A stretch of DNA of 52,677 nt from Fidelibacterota bacterium (GCA_020346745.1 CP070787.1:2104174-2156850); one strand, 5' to 3'; counted from the first letter of the stretch, positions 38,232 through 48,657 are shown. A program made the numbers and translations. The notes: generated from the sequence alone by a model not told the origin.

Positions 38232-39461
38232 TTATTCGTATCGCAGGGCTTCGATGGGATCGAGCTTCGAGGCTTTATTGGCCGGATAAAGGCCAAAGAA
38301 GATACCGATGGCTGAACAGTAAGCTAGAGCCGCTACCACGGCCCAGGCGGGTATGCGTGCCTCCATATTCAGTACGGGAGAGAGGGCCAACGCCGTAAGG
38401 GCGCCCACCAGGATACCCATTACTGCACCGATTTCAGAAAGAATGACGGCCTCGATGAGAAACTGGAGCAGGATGTCCCGGCGCCGGGCACCTACTGCCT
38501 TACGAGTGCCGATCTCTCTTGTGCGCTCCATGACTGACACCAGCATGATATTCATGATCCCTATACCTGCAACCAGTAGTGAGATTCCCGCGATACCGAT
38601 CGCGGCGATGCGAATATACTTGGTGAAGTCCAACATAGTGCTCATGATGGATTCAGCGGTGACTACCTCGAAGTCGTTCTCTTCCCCCAACGGTACCTTC
38701 CGGCGGACACGGAGCAGGGCCACCACCTCATCAATGGCCTGATCTACACTATATGTATCCCGCGCCCGGATAAATAAGCCTGTCCCGGACATGTGCCGAC
38801 GACCAGTGGAAAAAACCTTCTCGTAGGCCGTGATGGGCATTATAACGACGTTGTCTGGTGATTCCCCGAAAGTGCTCGCCGCCTGATTCATAACCCCGAT
38901 GATCAGAAAAGCCTGACCTCTGATCAGAATCCGACGATCCAACGGGTCTTCGTATGGGAACAGCTCGGAGGCTACATCCCGCCCAATAATGGCCACCTGC
39001 CGGGTATGACGGACATCTTCATCTATTAAAAATCGGCCCGATGCCAAATCCTGAGACTGTGTTAGTATATACTCAGCCATCGTTCCCACAACTCGTACAT
39101 TGGGCGCCGTCTTCTTATCTCTGTATTTGACAGTGCGACCATGCCGCTCGATCACCGCGGTGACCGCCTGCACATTGGCAGCCGCCGCTTGCAGATAAAC
39201 CGCATCTTCGTATGTCAAGTTCTTGCGACGGGCATATTTATGCCAATTGTGTCCCACAACGATGGGCGGAAACTTCTGGACGACAAAGGTCTCCGAACCC
39301 AGGAAACTCAGTTCTTCCTCCATCGCCCGATCAAATCCCGCCACGATGCTCTGCATACTGGTAATAGCCCACACACCGATGACCACGCCCAGCAGGGTCA
39401 AGGCCGAGCGGAGCTTGTGGTCCAGAATAGCGCGCAGGGAGATGCGGAAGAATTCCAGCAT
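38232..39461 (-). CDS. MacB-type ABC permease (MacB_PCD + FtsX domain), paralogue 2
   Basis: N-terminal TM LRSALTLLGVVIGVWAI, a large periplasmic domain, and 3 C-terminal TMs ending [15 protein letters not shown] overlap with paralogue 1. Confidence 0.85.
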   Translation of the reverse strand: MLEFFRISLRAILDHKLRSALTLLGVVIGVWAITSMQSIVAGFDRAMEEELSFLGSETFVVQKFPPIVVGHNWHKYARRKNLTYEDAVYLQAAAANVQAVTAVIERHGRTVKYRDKKTAPNVRVVGTMAEYILTQSQDLASGRFLIDEDVRHTRQVAIIGRDVASELFPYEDPLDRRILIRGQAFLIIGVMNQAASTFGESPDNVVIMPITAYEKVFSTGRRHMSGTGLFIRARDTYSVDQAIDEVVALLRVRRKVPLGEENDFEVVTAESIMSTMLDFTKYIRIAAIGIAGISLLVAGIGIMNIMLVSVMERTREIGTRKAVGARRRDILLQFLIEAVILSEIGAVMGILVGALTALALSPVLNMEARIPAWAVVAALAYCSAIGIFFGLYPANKASKLDPIEALRYE

Positions 39462-40675
39462 TATTCGTACCGGAGGGCCTCAATAGGATCCAACCGGGCT
39501 GCCTTGGTGGCGGGCCATAGACCAAAAACCAATCCCACCACGACGACCACGCCAACTCCTAGACCGCCCCAGGCAGGTGGAATCCGCGCTGCCAAGGGTG
39601 TTGCTCGCTCTACGATAATGGCTGCCCCCGAAGCCAGAAGAAAGCCTACCACGACTCCCAAAGCCGAGACGGTCATGCTCTCTACCAGAAATTGCCAGCG
39701 AATAGTGCTCCGGCGCGCCCCCAGACTCTTCCGAATGCCAATCTCAGCCGTGCGTTCCGTGACCGTCACCAGCATGATATTCATAACCCCAACCCCACCC
39801 ACGATCAGGGCAATACTGCCAATGCCGATAGCGACCATCCAGAGCATCCGGGTGGCATTGTCATAGAGATCTTGGAGAGTGCTCTGTTGGTTGATGGCAA
39901 AATCGTCAGGTTGACCCGGACGCAATTGACGGTAACGGCGCATGATACCGATTACCTCATCTCGAGCCTCACCCACCATGTCAGGCTGAGCCGCTTTCAG
40001 GGCAATCGAAATATTCCGCCAGCGCCGACCGAACATCTTTAACAGCGTCTCCGCTGGGACATATGCCATATTATCCAGATCACGTCCCATCATCTGCCCC
40101 TGCTCCTCCAGCACGCCAATCACCAGGAACCGGCGGCCATTTATGAAAATACGCTGGCCCAGGGGATCTACGCTCGCAAACAACTCCTCCTTGATGGAAT
40201 TGCCGATAACCGCCACCGCCTTCTTGTGTCGGGTATCCGTACGGGACAGAAAGCGACCGGCCACAATCTCGGTACCGGAGATAACCGCCATATCCTCATG
40301 GACCCCCTGGATGGTCACACTCTCCAGGCTTTTGTCCCCATATTTCAGGGTTCCGCGCTGGAATACACGGGGACTGACGTGACTGACATACTCCGATCGT
40401 TGGGCGATATAATCTACGGCGTCCAGCCCGATGTTCCGCCGCTGCCGGGAACGTACCCATTCCTCATGCCCCTGGAACCAAGCCCGTTTGTCCACATACA
40501 GTACATCGGAGCCAAGACTTGAAATCTGTTCAGAAAACGTGGCGTTCAGCCCCTCGATAATCGCCATCACCACCCCCACCGTAAATATGCCAATCGCAAT
40601 ACCAAGGGTGGTGAGCAGGGCGCGGAACTTATGGGCCCACAAGGCCGAGCCCGCAATCCGGAGAATCTCTATCAC
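39461..40675 (-). CDS. MacB-type ABC permease (MacB_PCD + FtsX domain), paralogue 1
   Basis: Same architecture as paralogue 2. Ends [10 protein letters not shown]. 4-nt overlap with the ATPase gene. Confidence 0.85.
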   Translation of the reverse strand: MIEILRIAGSALWAHKFRALLTTLGIAIGIFTVGVVMAIIEGLNATFSEQISSLGSDVLYVDKRAWFQGHEEWVRSRQRRNIGLDAVDYIAQRSEYVSHVSPRVFQRGTLKYGDKSLESVTIQGVHEDMAVISGTEIVAGRFLSRTDTRHKKAVAVIGNSIKEELFASVDPLGQRIFINGRRFLVIGVLEEQGQMMGRDLDNMAYVPAETLLKMFGRRWRNISIALKAAQPDMVGEARDEVIGIMRRYRQLRPGQPDDFAINQQSTLQDLYDNATRMLWMVAIGIGSIALIVGGVGVMNIMLVTVTERTAEIGIRKSLGARRSTIRWQFLVESMTVSALGVVVGFLLASGAAIIVERATPLAARIPPAWGGLGVGVVVVVGLVFGLWPATKAARLDPIEALRYE

Positions 40676-41445
40676 GCCGCGGCCTTGCCGTTGGCAGTCA
40701 ATTCCTCCCGATCGATCTGACCATCCAGAATATGAATGACCCGGTGGGCATGTTCAGCGATATAGGTCTCGTGCGTCACTAGGATAATGGTATTACCTTG
40801 CTCATGCAGCGCATCCAGCAGAACCATGATCTCCTGGCCGGTCACTGAATCGAGATTACCGGTAGGCTCATCAGCCAGTATGATGGCCGGTTTCGTCACC
40901 AGCGCTCGCGCGATGGCCACCCGCTGGCGTTGACCACCACTCAACTCACTTGGCCGATGGCTGGCACGATCATCAAGACCTACCTGTTTCAAAGCTTCCT
41001 TGGCCTGTTCAATACGGTTCCGCCGATGTATCCCCGCATAGATCAGAGGCAGCTCCACATTCCGAAGAGCGGTAGTGCGGGATAGTAGGTTGAAGGTCTG
41101 AAAGACAAATCCGATCTTCCGGTTACGAATGTCAGCCAGCTCGTTATCACTCATTTTGGTGACATCTTCACCAGCCACGTCACAGACCACCTCCCCCTCA
41201 AATTCGTACCGGCCACTGGTGGGTGTGTCCAGACAGCCTATGATGTTCATCAATGTGGATTTGCCCGAACCTGAGGGGCCCATGATGGATATATAATCAT
41301 TAGGCCGAATGCGCAGGTCGACCCCTCGGAGGGCATGGACCTGCTCCTTGCCCATGTCGTAGACCTTGGTGACCGACTTGAGTGTAATCAAGTGGTTATT
41401 CCCACCGCTGGCTCGCATGGAACTCCCTTTGGAGGATTGCATCAT
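40672..41445 (-). CDS. ABC transporter ATP-binding protein (MacB/LolD-type, stand-alone)
   Basis: [38 protein letters not shown]. Confidence 0.92.
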   Translation of the reverse strand: MMQSSKGSSMRASGGNNHLITLKSVTKVYDMGKEQVHALRGVDLRIRPNDYISIMGPSGSGKSTLMNIIGCLDTPTSGRYEFEGEVVCDVAGEDVTKMSDNELADIRNRKIGFVFQTFNLLSRTTALRNVELPLIYAGIHRRNRIEQAKEALKQVGLDDRASHRPSELSGGQRQRVAIARALVTKPAIILADEPTGNLDSVTGQEIMVLLDALHEQGNTIILVTHETYIAEHAHRVIHILDGQIDREELTANGKAAA

Positions 41446-42890
41446 CTCGGGCTTCTTCCGGGGCCTCGGCGTTCCCTGCGGATTATTCGCTTCCCATCAC
41501 CCAAGTCCTTACTGACCGCCCGGTAGTTGCCAATAACAATCTCCTCGCCATCTTCCAAGCCAGCGGTGATCTCATAGTGTGTATCGGAGGATATACCTAT
41601 CTTCACCTCGCGCTGCTCAACTGTCTCTCTAGGTTTGCCTCCAAACAGGCGGGATAGAAAACCACCTGATGAGCCGGTGGTATCATCGTTGACCACAAAA
41701 AGCACCTCCACTGGCTCTGGCCTCGAAGATTCATCTTGGCCCACGTCAGATCGGGACGAGCTACGTGCCATCATCCGGGCGCCACCCGGACGTCCCCGAC
41801 CGGGACGGCCAGGCCCTGCACGTCGCTCCCGACGGGCTTCGGTACTATTCGCTGTGACCTGCTCATCCAGTGAATCCCCCTCCGCCAGCTGCTCCGGCTT
41901 CATGATCGGTGCCCGGGCTGTAAGTGCCTGAATGGGTACTGCCAACACTGACTTGTGAAGCGCCGTCGTGATGGTAGCTGTAGCCGACATGCCCGGCCTG
42001 ATGCGGGGATCAACACGCTCAGCATCGGGATTTACATCAAGAGTCACCACCACCTCAAAATTGGTCACCTGCTCCTGGGTCCCCTGGCCCAGAACCAGAG
42101 CTGAATGGGCTATCTGTGAAACACGGCCTTGGAATGCAGTGTCCTGGATAGCATCAACCTCAATTTTCACCGGATCCATCAACTCGATGTCCACCACATC
42201 AGTCTCATCTACTTCCACAACCACTTCCATCATACTAAGGTCCGAGATCACCAGCAGCACGTCTGCCTGGAAAGTCGAGCCCAGGGCCATCTCGCCCACT
42301 TCCTTATTAATCTTGGTCACTACACCACCTTCCGGTGCTACCAGGCTGGTCTTGCTGAGGTCATCTTTGGCCTGCTCGAGTGTTGCCTCTGCCTGTTCCT
42401 TCCGGCTTAAGGCCTCTTCGTAGGACGCTTCCAGGGTTTCCATATCCTGTAGGCTGATGAGGTTCTTTTCAAAGAGCTGCCGGCTCCGGTCCCGCTCTGC
42501 GGTGACCTTCTTGAGTGTGGCCTGGGCGGATCGGAGAGCGGACTTGGCCCTTTCATGCGCCGCTGCGTACCGCAAACGGTCCAGTATCACCAGGGTATCG
42601 CCGGGATGGACAGTCTGGCCTTCCTCTACCAGAATAGCCATAATCTGGGCACTGACTGTGGAGGATATTTCCGTTTCGAACACGGGCTGGATCTTCCCGG
42701 CGGCCGTGACGGTCTGCTCCACCGTACGCAAGCGGACCTGCTCGACCTGAACCGCTATCGGTGGGCCTTGCTGTGAGCCTCCACTTCCTCCCGAGGACAG
42801 ATTCACCACAACTATGATAATTACAAGAATAAGGGCACTGCCGCCGATCAGCAGGCGCTTGCGACCGAACTTCTTCAGACTGATCTTCAT
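41442..42890 (-). CDS. HlyD/MacA-family periplasmic adaptor with an Arg/Gly/Pro-rich insertion
   Basis: N-terminal TM, lipoyl/hairpin coiled coil ([32 protein letters not shown]), and a beta-barrel. Insertion: [30 protein letters not shown]. Confidence 0.85.
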   Translation of the reverse strand: MKISLKKFGRKRLLIGGSALILVIIIVVVNLSSGGSGGSQQGPPIAVQVEQVRLRTVEQTVTAAGKIQPVFETEISSTVSAQIMAILVEEGQTVHPGDTLVILDRLRYAAAHERAKSALRSAQATLKKVTAERDRSRQLFEKNLISLQDMETLEASYEEALSRKEQAEATLEQAKDDLSKTSLVAPEGGVVTKINKEVGEMALGSTFQADVLLVISDLSMMEVVVEVDETDVVDIELMDPVKIEVDAIQDTAFQGRVSQIAHSALVLGQGTQEQVTNFEVVVTLDVNPDAERVDPRIRPGMSATATITTALHKSVLAVPIQALTARAPIMKPEQLAEGDSLDEQVTANSTEARRERRAGPGRPGRGRPGGARMMARSSSRSDVGQDESSRPEPVEVLFVVNDDTTGSSGGFLSRLFGGKPRETVEQREVKIGISSDTHYEITAGLEDGEEIVIGNYRAVSKDLGDGKRIIRRERRGPGRSPR

Positions 42891-44173
42891 TGGCTTATAG
42901 TCCCCATCAAGGCGTCAAGCCGTGCTTCGGCAATTTTAATGTCATAGGTGGTCCTCACCAACGTACTACGAGCTGTAATCAGAGACACCTGGGCATCCAG
43001 CAGATCTAGTATGGATATAGCCCCCAGGTTGTACTGCTCATTGGCCAACCGCGCATCCGCCTCCGCCGAGGCTAGCACTTCCTGGTTAATAGGATAAATC
43101 TTGTGCAGCGAGTTAAGATTGGAGAGTGTATTTTCCAACTGCTGCTTATACTCCCGTTCCAAGCCAGACAATCGTTCTTCCTCCGCAAGTGCGGCGTACC
43201 TCAACCGACTGTAAAGGGAAGTATTGCGCAGCCCGGTGAAAACCGGTACCGATAATGAGAGGAAGGTTGAACTCTCACTGTCTTGATAGAGATCTCCAAT
43301 TACCGATCCACTCGTGTTGACGGAATAGCTGAGATTTATGGAGGGCAGCATGGCTCCGCGTTGTTTCTTGGCGTTCAACCGGGCTCGATCCACGGCCAGT
43401 TTCTGAGCCCGCAGCCCCGGACTATTCGTCATCATGGCCTCAAGGGCAATAGCTCGATCCGGAACCAGTTGGAGACTGACACTATCCCGCGCTACGTTTA
43501 AAGTCGACGACGGTTCCTGCCCAATGGCCATTTGCAGACTGGTTACGGCCATCCGTACATTCTGTTGAGCCTGGTGTACCTCTGCCTCCCGCTGACCCGT
43601 ACTCACCCTGGCCTTCATCAAGTCCGTTTCCTTGACCGCTTGCAGTCGGAAGCGTTCCTCAACAAGCTCCAACTGTCGGCGGCTCAATTCCAGAGCTTCC
43701 TGTGCCACCTCCATCAGCTCTACAGCGGATAGCAAGTTATAATAGGCTTCTTTTATATTCAAGACCACCTGCAGATGGGTGCCTTCCAGAGCGGCTTCTG
43801 CACTCTCATAAGCGATGGCACCGCTGCGAGCGTCATACCAGGAAGCAACTCCGTCAAATATCGTCTGATTCACACTGAACGCTGAGCCATACACTGGTGG
43901 TTCTACCAGACTACCGGTAAGCGGGTTGATATAGGATTTCCCTGGGTCCATATCTTGTCGCAGAGAGGTGCTGAGATAGGGCACCAATCCAGAATAAGCA
44001 CCCCGCTTCTCTGCTCGGGCAGCACCGAGATTGCGCTCAGCAATTAGGACATCACTGTTGTTGTCCAGCCCGATATCGATGAGCTGGTCCAGGGTGAGAG
44101 CGGGCGTACTCTGGGCGTAGACCAGACCAGCCCCAAGTACAGCGGTTGAAAAAAGACAATAAAGTATCTTCAT
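42887..44173 (-). CDS. TolC-family outer membrane efflux protein
   Basis: 428 aa. Signal peptide and two OEP repeats with long coiled helices. First gene of the pump operon. Confidence 0.85.
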   Translation of the reverse strand: MKILYCLFSTAVLGAGLVYAQSTPALTLDQLIDIGLDNNSDVLIAERNLGAARAEKRGAYSGLVPYLSTSLRQDMDPGKSYINPLTGSLVEPPVYGSAFSVNQTIFDGVASWYDARSGAIAYESAEAALEGTHLQVVLNIKEAYYNLLSAVELMEVAQEALELSRRQLELVEERFRLQAVKETDLMKARVSTGQREAEVHQAQQNVRMAVTSLQMAIGQEPSSTLNVARDSVSLQLVPDRAIALEAMMTNSPGLRAQKLAVDRARLNAKKQRGAMLPSINLSYSVNTSGSVIGDLYQDSESSTFLSLSVPVFTGLRNTSLYSRLRYAALAEEERLSGLEREYKQQLENTLSNLNSLHKIYPINQEVLASAEADARLANEQYNLGAISILDLLDAQVSLITARSTLVRTTYDIKIAEARLDALMGTISQ

Positions 44174-44279
44174 ATTTTTCCTAGCTCGTTAGATTCTTCA
44201 AATTCATAAAAGGTTAATATGTTCCTCCCGTGAGAACCGATCCCCACTCGGACTTGGGTAGCCTCATCTACAGGCCGGA

Positions 44280-44999
44280 TCAAGCTATGCCCCGCCCGTC
44301 CAATAGCCATGCCAAAAGGAACATGACCAGTAACCAGGCACCGAAGAGGACGGTGCGTGCCCTTTTTTCCTCCACTGTATAGATGAGCGCGGTTCCCATC
44401 GCTACCAGAAAGATTTTCCACATAGCAAAGAAATCCAGGCGTTGGAAGAACCGGTAGAGCAGGGCGCCTTCCAGGCTGCCAGGCAGCAGTAGCACTAGCC
44501 CGGTTTTCACCTTGGTTGTGCCCAACTGTAGGATGAGTGGTATCTTTAATGCCATCTCTACAATAGCCACCAGATTGGCATACAGAACCACCACTAGCGT
44601 GTCCCTGTAGCTGGCCTGACCACCAAGAATGAAGGCACCGAAAAACATGACGATACCCCCGATCATGGCGTACCAGATAATTACGGTGCCCCCACCAATC
44701 AGATATCTTGAGGGCCTGGCGAGAGCTCCATCCAACCGCTCGAGGTAAATCTCCTTCTGGTCTTCGGGAATATCCTCACGCTGGAGAACAATCTGTCTTT
44801 GTTCCTCAATTCTTATTGGCCCCACCAGCGCCTGACTTGCCATCGAAAGAGCCAACAGAATCAAAAGTGGTGCCACCAGGTCCCACGTTCCAATAGACTG
44901 GGCCAATGATTGAAATGTGGCCTTCGGAGTAATGATCACGCCCCAAAGGCGTTCAACCGGAAGTGATGTTTTGATATGCATGCTATCCTCGTCGTTCAT
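44280..44999 (-). CDS. Yip1-domain multi-pass membrane protein
   Basis: 239 aa. A soluble N-terminus, then 5 TM spans with a charged loop (EEQRQIVLQREDIPEDQKEIYLERL). The Yip1/DUF1282-like call rests on topology and general resemblance only. Confidence 0.6.
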   Translation of the reverse strand: MNDEDSMHIKTSLPVERLWGVIITPKATFQSLAQSIGTWDLVAPLLILLALSMASQALVGPIRIEEQRQIVLQREDIPEDQKEIYLERLDGALARPSRYLIGGGTVIIWYAMIGGIVMFFGAFILGGQASYRDTLVVVLYANLVAIVEMALKIPLILQLGTTKVKTGLVLLLPGSLEGALLYRFFQRLDFFAMWKIFLVAMGTALIYTVEEKRARTVLFGAWLLVMFLLAWLLDGRGIA

Positions 45000-45313
45000 C
45001 CTGTTCCCCTAAGCTGGTGATGGATGACTGCCTCCGGAGTGACCGGTTGATCACTCTCGCGTTTCATATAGACTTGACTCGCGGTAAAAATGTTGCCCGT
45101 TGATCGTTGAATTCTGAGGTGGTCACTTTCCTCTGTGACCACTTAAAATACGTTTCGAATGATATTTAACCGCTTGGGCTGAAGTTACAGCCCATTCGCA
45201 TGATATATCAGGATCAGGGATAATCGATGTCTCACTTGTGAGCACCCGGTGCTGTCGTATACCCGGTTGCACCACCTGAACTCATCGCCGCTCTACCAAT
45301 TGTTATACCCCGA

Positions 45314-46303
45314 CTAGGGAAGAGTATCTGTTTTCTTGAGCTGGCCCCACGGAGTGTTACCCCTGGAACCAGTGTAATAGAACATTACAGCCACACCCAG
45401 TAATACCACCGGGAGCACTACGATCCCCGCTTCCGGACCGAATCGGCCACCGGTTAACCAGGCAGGTCCGGAGAGTGAATGCCTTACGAGACTCATGGTG
45501 CTGTAACCGCTCACCGAAAAGCCGAAAACCGGCCCCTGAAAGAAATTCCAGCCGGCATGCATCCCCATCGATAGCCACAGCTGCCCGGTGCGAAGCCAAC
45601 CAAAAATGCGCACAAAGCCGATCGCCGCAATCAATGAACCGGACAGCAGTGATGCATTGGGACTCATCATATGCATGATACCATAGAGGATGCAGGAAAC
45701 GCCTACCGCCCATTTCAGCCCAATACCTTCACCCAGGTTTTGCAGGATATAGCCGCGAAATCCCAACTCCTCCGACCAGCCTACCGCGGCACCGATGCCG
45801 AGGAACCACAGGAACATTCCCACCCATGGGGTGAGTTCGCTCCCTTCCCAGCCGACACCTTGAATTTCCAACAGGCCAAACGCCCGCAGAGCAACCACAA
45901 TCACGCCCACCATCAGACCGCTGAGCACAAAGCCAACGCCCAGATCCCTTACCGCCAGCCAATCGAAGCGCAGGCCTAGTGAGATTATCGTCTTCTTGTC
46001 TAGGAAGCGCCGACTGATACCCACCACCAGAGTCGCGGCGATGACCACAACGACACCTCGGGAAAGCCACGACATCACCTCGTCTTCAACTGTACCCGTG
46101 AATAACGGCTTGATCCCCAAGGAAACGATCCGCGCCACTACCGGTATGGCCAAGAGGAATACCGTAAGCCGCCACCCCGCACGCAGGCGATGCTCTTCTG
46201 GATTAATGAACATGTGTCGAATCTTGGTACCCATGCCTGACTCCATCTCTACATTGCTTAATTCATCCTCTGATTTCACCTGCCAGGTCTGAATCTGCTC
46301 CAT
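45314..46303 (-). CDS. CPBP-family intramembrane glutamic endopeptidase (CAAX/Abi type)
   Basis: Motif 1 WSEELGFRGY, motif 2 ILYGIMH, motif 3 HAGWNF. About 8 TM spans. The true start is uncertain because there are several in-frame Met codons. Confidence 0.8.
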   Translation of the reverse strand: MEQIQTWQVKSEDELSNVEMESGMGTKIRHMFINPEEHRLRAGWRLTVFLLAIPVVARIVSLGIKPLFTGTVEDEVMSWLSRGVVVVIAATLVVGISRRFLDKKTIISLGLRFDWLAVRDLGVGFVLSGLMVGVIVVALRAFGLLEIQGVGWEGSELTPWVGMFLWFLGIGAAVGWSEELGFRGYILQNLGEGIGLKWAVGVSCILYGIMHMMSPNASLLSGSLIAAIGFVRIFGWLRTGQLWLSMGMHAGWNFFQGPVFGFSVSGYSTMSLVRHSLSGPAWLTGGRFGPEAGIVVLPVVLLGVAVMFYYTGSRGNTPWGQLKKTDTLP

Positions 46304-46339
46304 TCCCTCAAAATAGCCGGGGACTTTCCCACCTCCCTT

Positions 46340-47305
46340 CTAGGAAACAGGCAGGTTTCTCCGATAGGCATACACAGTTATGCCAAACAATCCACCCGCT
46401 ACCAGCAGCGAGATCACTGTGCGCAGACTCAATAGGTAGCCGACAAAGGAACCGAACAACTGGATGGGTTCACCGGCAATAACACCTTCCGGCCCATGGG
46501 CCCCCAACCACTCCGCTTGGATGGCCGAACCGATGGCTCCAAAATTGGTAGTTAGGAGTTCCCATACGGCGTCGTCACCGATCAGAAACCTCCAGAAAAG
46601 TCCCAGCAGGATGGGAACACCCATGCCTACCAGTAGTGGCCGACTGCGTGTCACGGTGGATACAAATAGAAAATAGACCCCAAAGGGTACTAGCCAAACC
46701 AGCTGTAGACAGTGAAATACCAGCCAATCCTTGATCAGGTCCAGAGAGGCCACCTGATATGGGGACAGGTCGGCTCCGGCCAGCAGATCTCTGATGCTAC
46801 CGGGGAAAGTAATCTGGGCAAAGTATATCCAGAGCACCCCCAGTATAAACGAAATGCCCAGAAATCCAACCATACCCGCGACCAGCTTGGATGAGATAAT
46901 AGACATATCACTCACCGGCAGCCCTCGGTAGAAAAATGTACTCCCGTCAGACCGCTCCTTGTACACTGCATCCACGAGATAAAAAAGGATCAGGACCAGC
47001 AGCACGACATTTATGAATGCAGCCCCGACACGCAACATGTGCGACCAACCGAAAAGAAGCACATGAGCTCTCCCGGCCGCGGCCATTTGCCTCGGTGTGA
47101 GCCATTCCGGCCCATCGTCGTCATCATCAAAACCCCTGAAATCTTCCCATTCTGTATGAATCTCACCACGGATCAGAGCATTCGATCCCTTATGCAGAAC
47201 CACTGACCAGCCGACCATGCCCACTAAATAAAGGCTGCCTACTATGATCATGACGGTCCGCCATTCACGCCACTCACGAACCAGAAGGGTTAAATAGGTT
47301 TTCAT
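46340..47305 (-). CDS. ABC-2-type transporter permease (divergent)
   Basis: 321 aa, 6-7 TM spans. 4-nt overlap with the upstream ATPase gene. Acidic loop DDDDDG. Confidence 0.6.
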   Translation of the reverse strand: MKTYLTLLVREWREWRTVMIIVGSLYLVGMVGWSVVLHKGSNALIRGEIHTEWEDFRGFDDDDDGPEWLTPRQMAAAGRAHVLLFGWSHMLRVGAAFINVVLLVLILFYLVDAVYKERSDGSTFFYRGLPVSDMSIISSKLVAGMVGFLGISFILGVLWIYFAQITFPGSIRDLLAGADLSPYQVASLDLIKDWLVFHCLQLVWLVPFGVYFLFVSTVTRSRPLLVGMGVPILLGLFWRFLIGDDAVWELLTTNFGAIGSAIQAEWLGAHGPEGVIAGEPIQLFGSFVGYLLSLRTVISLLVAGGLFGITVYAYRRNLPVS

Positions 47306-48156
47306 CCTTCACCTCCCATCAACGCAACAAAAACATCCGCCACCGAGGGTACCTGCACCTTACCCAATCGTTCAACGGCTTGGCGGTCCACATCCTTCAG
47401 TAAAAAGACTTTACGGCCGAATAATTCGTGTTCAGTGAGTGGCCCCAACTGGCGGACCTCCTCGGCCTTCTCCGCCGGTGAAATGAGCTGCACAAATTTC
47501 TCCCGCAGATCATCCATAGTCGTGTAGAGCAGTACAGAACCGTCCCGGATAAAGATCACGTCACTCAGGATGTGCTCCACTTCTTCCACCTGATGGGTAG
47601 AAATGAGAATGGACTTGTCTCCATCGAAATAATCATCCAGAACAGTGGTATATAATCGCTTCCGGAACAGGATATCCAGACCATGGGTAGGCTCATCCAG
47701 GATCAGCAGACGGGTTTCGGTGGCCATCACCAGAGCCAGATGCAGCTGCGTTTTCATGCCCTTGGAAAGGTGCTTGATCTTCTTCCCTTGCTCAATAGCG
47801 GTGGTGGCTAGGAAGCCTTCACAGCTCGGACGATCAAATTGTGGATGCACACCTTCCATATAATCCAGCACTTGTTTCACCTTCATCCATGGCGGCAGAA
47901 CAGCCACATCGTGGATAACACCCGTAGAGGCCATCAGCTTCCGGCGCTGAGTGCGAGGTTCTAGTCCTAGAATCCGGATATTTCCTTGATAATTGATCCC
48001 GCCGGTCAGAGCCCGCAACAGGGTAGTCTTGCCGGCACCATTGGGACCCACCAGGCCAACGATCCGGCCAGCCTCGATATCCAGGCTCACCGACTTTAAG
48101 GCCTTGGTAGCACCAAAGGATTTGCTCACATTCTGTATGTCGATCAACGGTTCCAT
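47302..48156 (-). CDS. ABC transporter ATP-binding protein (ABC-2 subfamily)
   Basis: GLVGPNGAGKTTLL, LSKGMKTQL, LILDEPTHGLD. Confidence 0.9.
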   Translation of the reverse strand: MEPLIDIQNVSKSFGATKALKSVSLDIEAGRIVGLVGPNGAGKTTLLRALTGGINYQGNIRILGLEPRTQRRKLMASTGVIHDVAVLPPWMKVKQVLDYMEGVHPQFDRPSCEGFLATTAIEQGKKIKHLSKGMKTQLHLALVMATETRLLILDEPTHGLDILFRKRLYTTVLDDYFDGDKSILISTHQVEEVEHILSDVIFIRDGSVLLYTTMDDLREKFVQLISPAEKAEEVRQLGPLTEHELFGRKVFLLKDVDRQAVERLGKVQVPSVADVFVALMGGEG

Positions 48157-48160
48157 CCCT

Positions 48161-48529
48161 TCACTCCTTGAAGTTTGCTCGCACCAGGTCCAGGGTTGAC
48201 CTCTGTGATAACCCCAGAAGCCTGGCCCGATTTGCCAGCTCCGGTATATCCTCGGACTTGAACCGCTCCAGCTCAGTCCCTATGAGAGCCTCACGAGCCC
48301 CCTCTTTAACAAAGAAACCTAAACCCCGCCGCTTCTCCAGGATACCCTCTTCCATTAAGATACGGTGGGCGTTCAACACCGTCTGTGGATTGAGCCCGTG
48401 CTCCACCGATACCTGCCGCACCGAAGGAATCGGTTCGCCTTCCGGCAAATCACCCGTCAACACGGCATCACGGATCATCTGGGCTACCTGGAGATAAATG
48501 GGGGTCTTATGGTCGAAGTCGAGTGTCAT
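48161..48529 (-). CDS. GntR-family (YtrA-like, short) transcriptional regulator
   Basis: 122 aa. PIYLQVAQMIRDAVLTGDLPEGEPIPSVRQVSVEHGLNPQTVLNAHRILMEEGIL is a winged-HTH; the effector part is short. Confidence 0.85.
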   Translation of the reverse strand: MTLDFDHKTPIYLQVAQMIRDAVLTGDLPEGEPIPSVRQVSVEHGLNPQTVLNAHRILMEEGILEKRRGLGFFVKEGAREALIGTELERFKSEDIPELANRARLLGLSQRSTLDLVRANFKE

Positions 48530-48594
48530 GACTCTGCCTGTACGTTGGCGGTAAATCCAGTTACCTTATCGCAACTCAAAACCGCTTTGCTTTC

Positions 48595-48657
48595 TAGTGT
48601 TATGTCTAATGTGTGCACTGTTACACTGAACTACTGTTCTACCTGAGTATAACACTA
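48595..48657. promoter_or_regulatory. Candidate YtrA/GntR operator region
   Basis: A perfect 9-bp inverted repeat, TAGTGTTAT (48595-48603) and ATAACACTA (48649-48657), with a related half-site GTTACACT (48620-48627) between the arms. It lies 66-128 nt upstream of the gntR start. Confidence 0.45.

Noticed and set aside
39141-39866. Long antisense or alternative-frame ORFs, for example 864-1460, 30443-31222, 35681-36247, 39141-39866, 41968-42423, 49259-49732.
   Set aside because: Each lies entirely within a strongly supported gene on the opposite strand or in another frame. Their translations are low-complexity and Arg/Ser/Pro-rich, typical of shadow ORFs.
44170-44421. An 83-aa minus-strand ORF bridging the Yip1 3' end and the TolC start.
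   Set aside because: It overlaps the Yip1 coding frame for about 140 nt, has no RBS, and its composition is Gly/Arg-rich and not protein-like.
45288-45302. tRNA-like D-loop string (minus strand AATTGGTAGAGCGG).
   Set aside because: There is no complementary D-stem 5' arm, no acceptor stem, and no T-arm at the right spacing.
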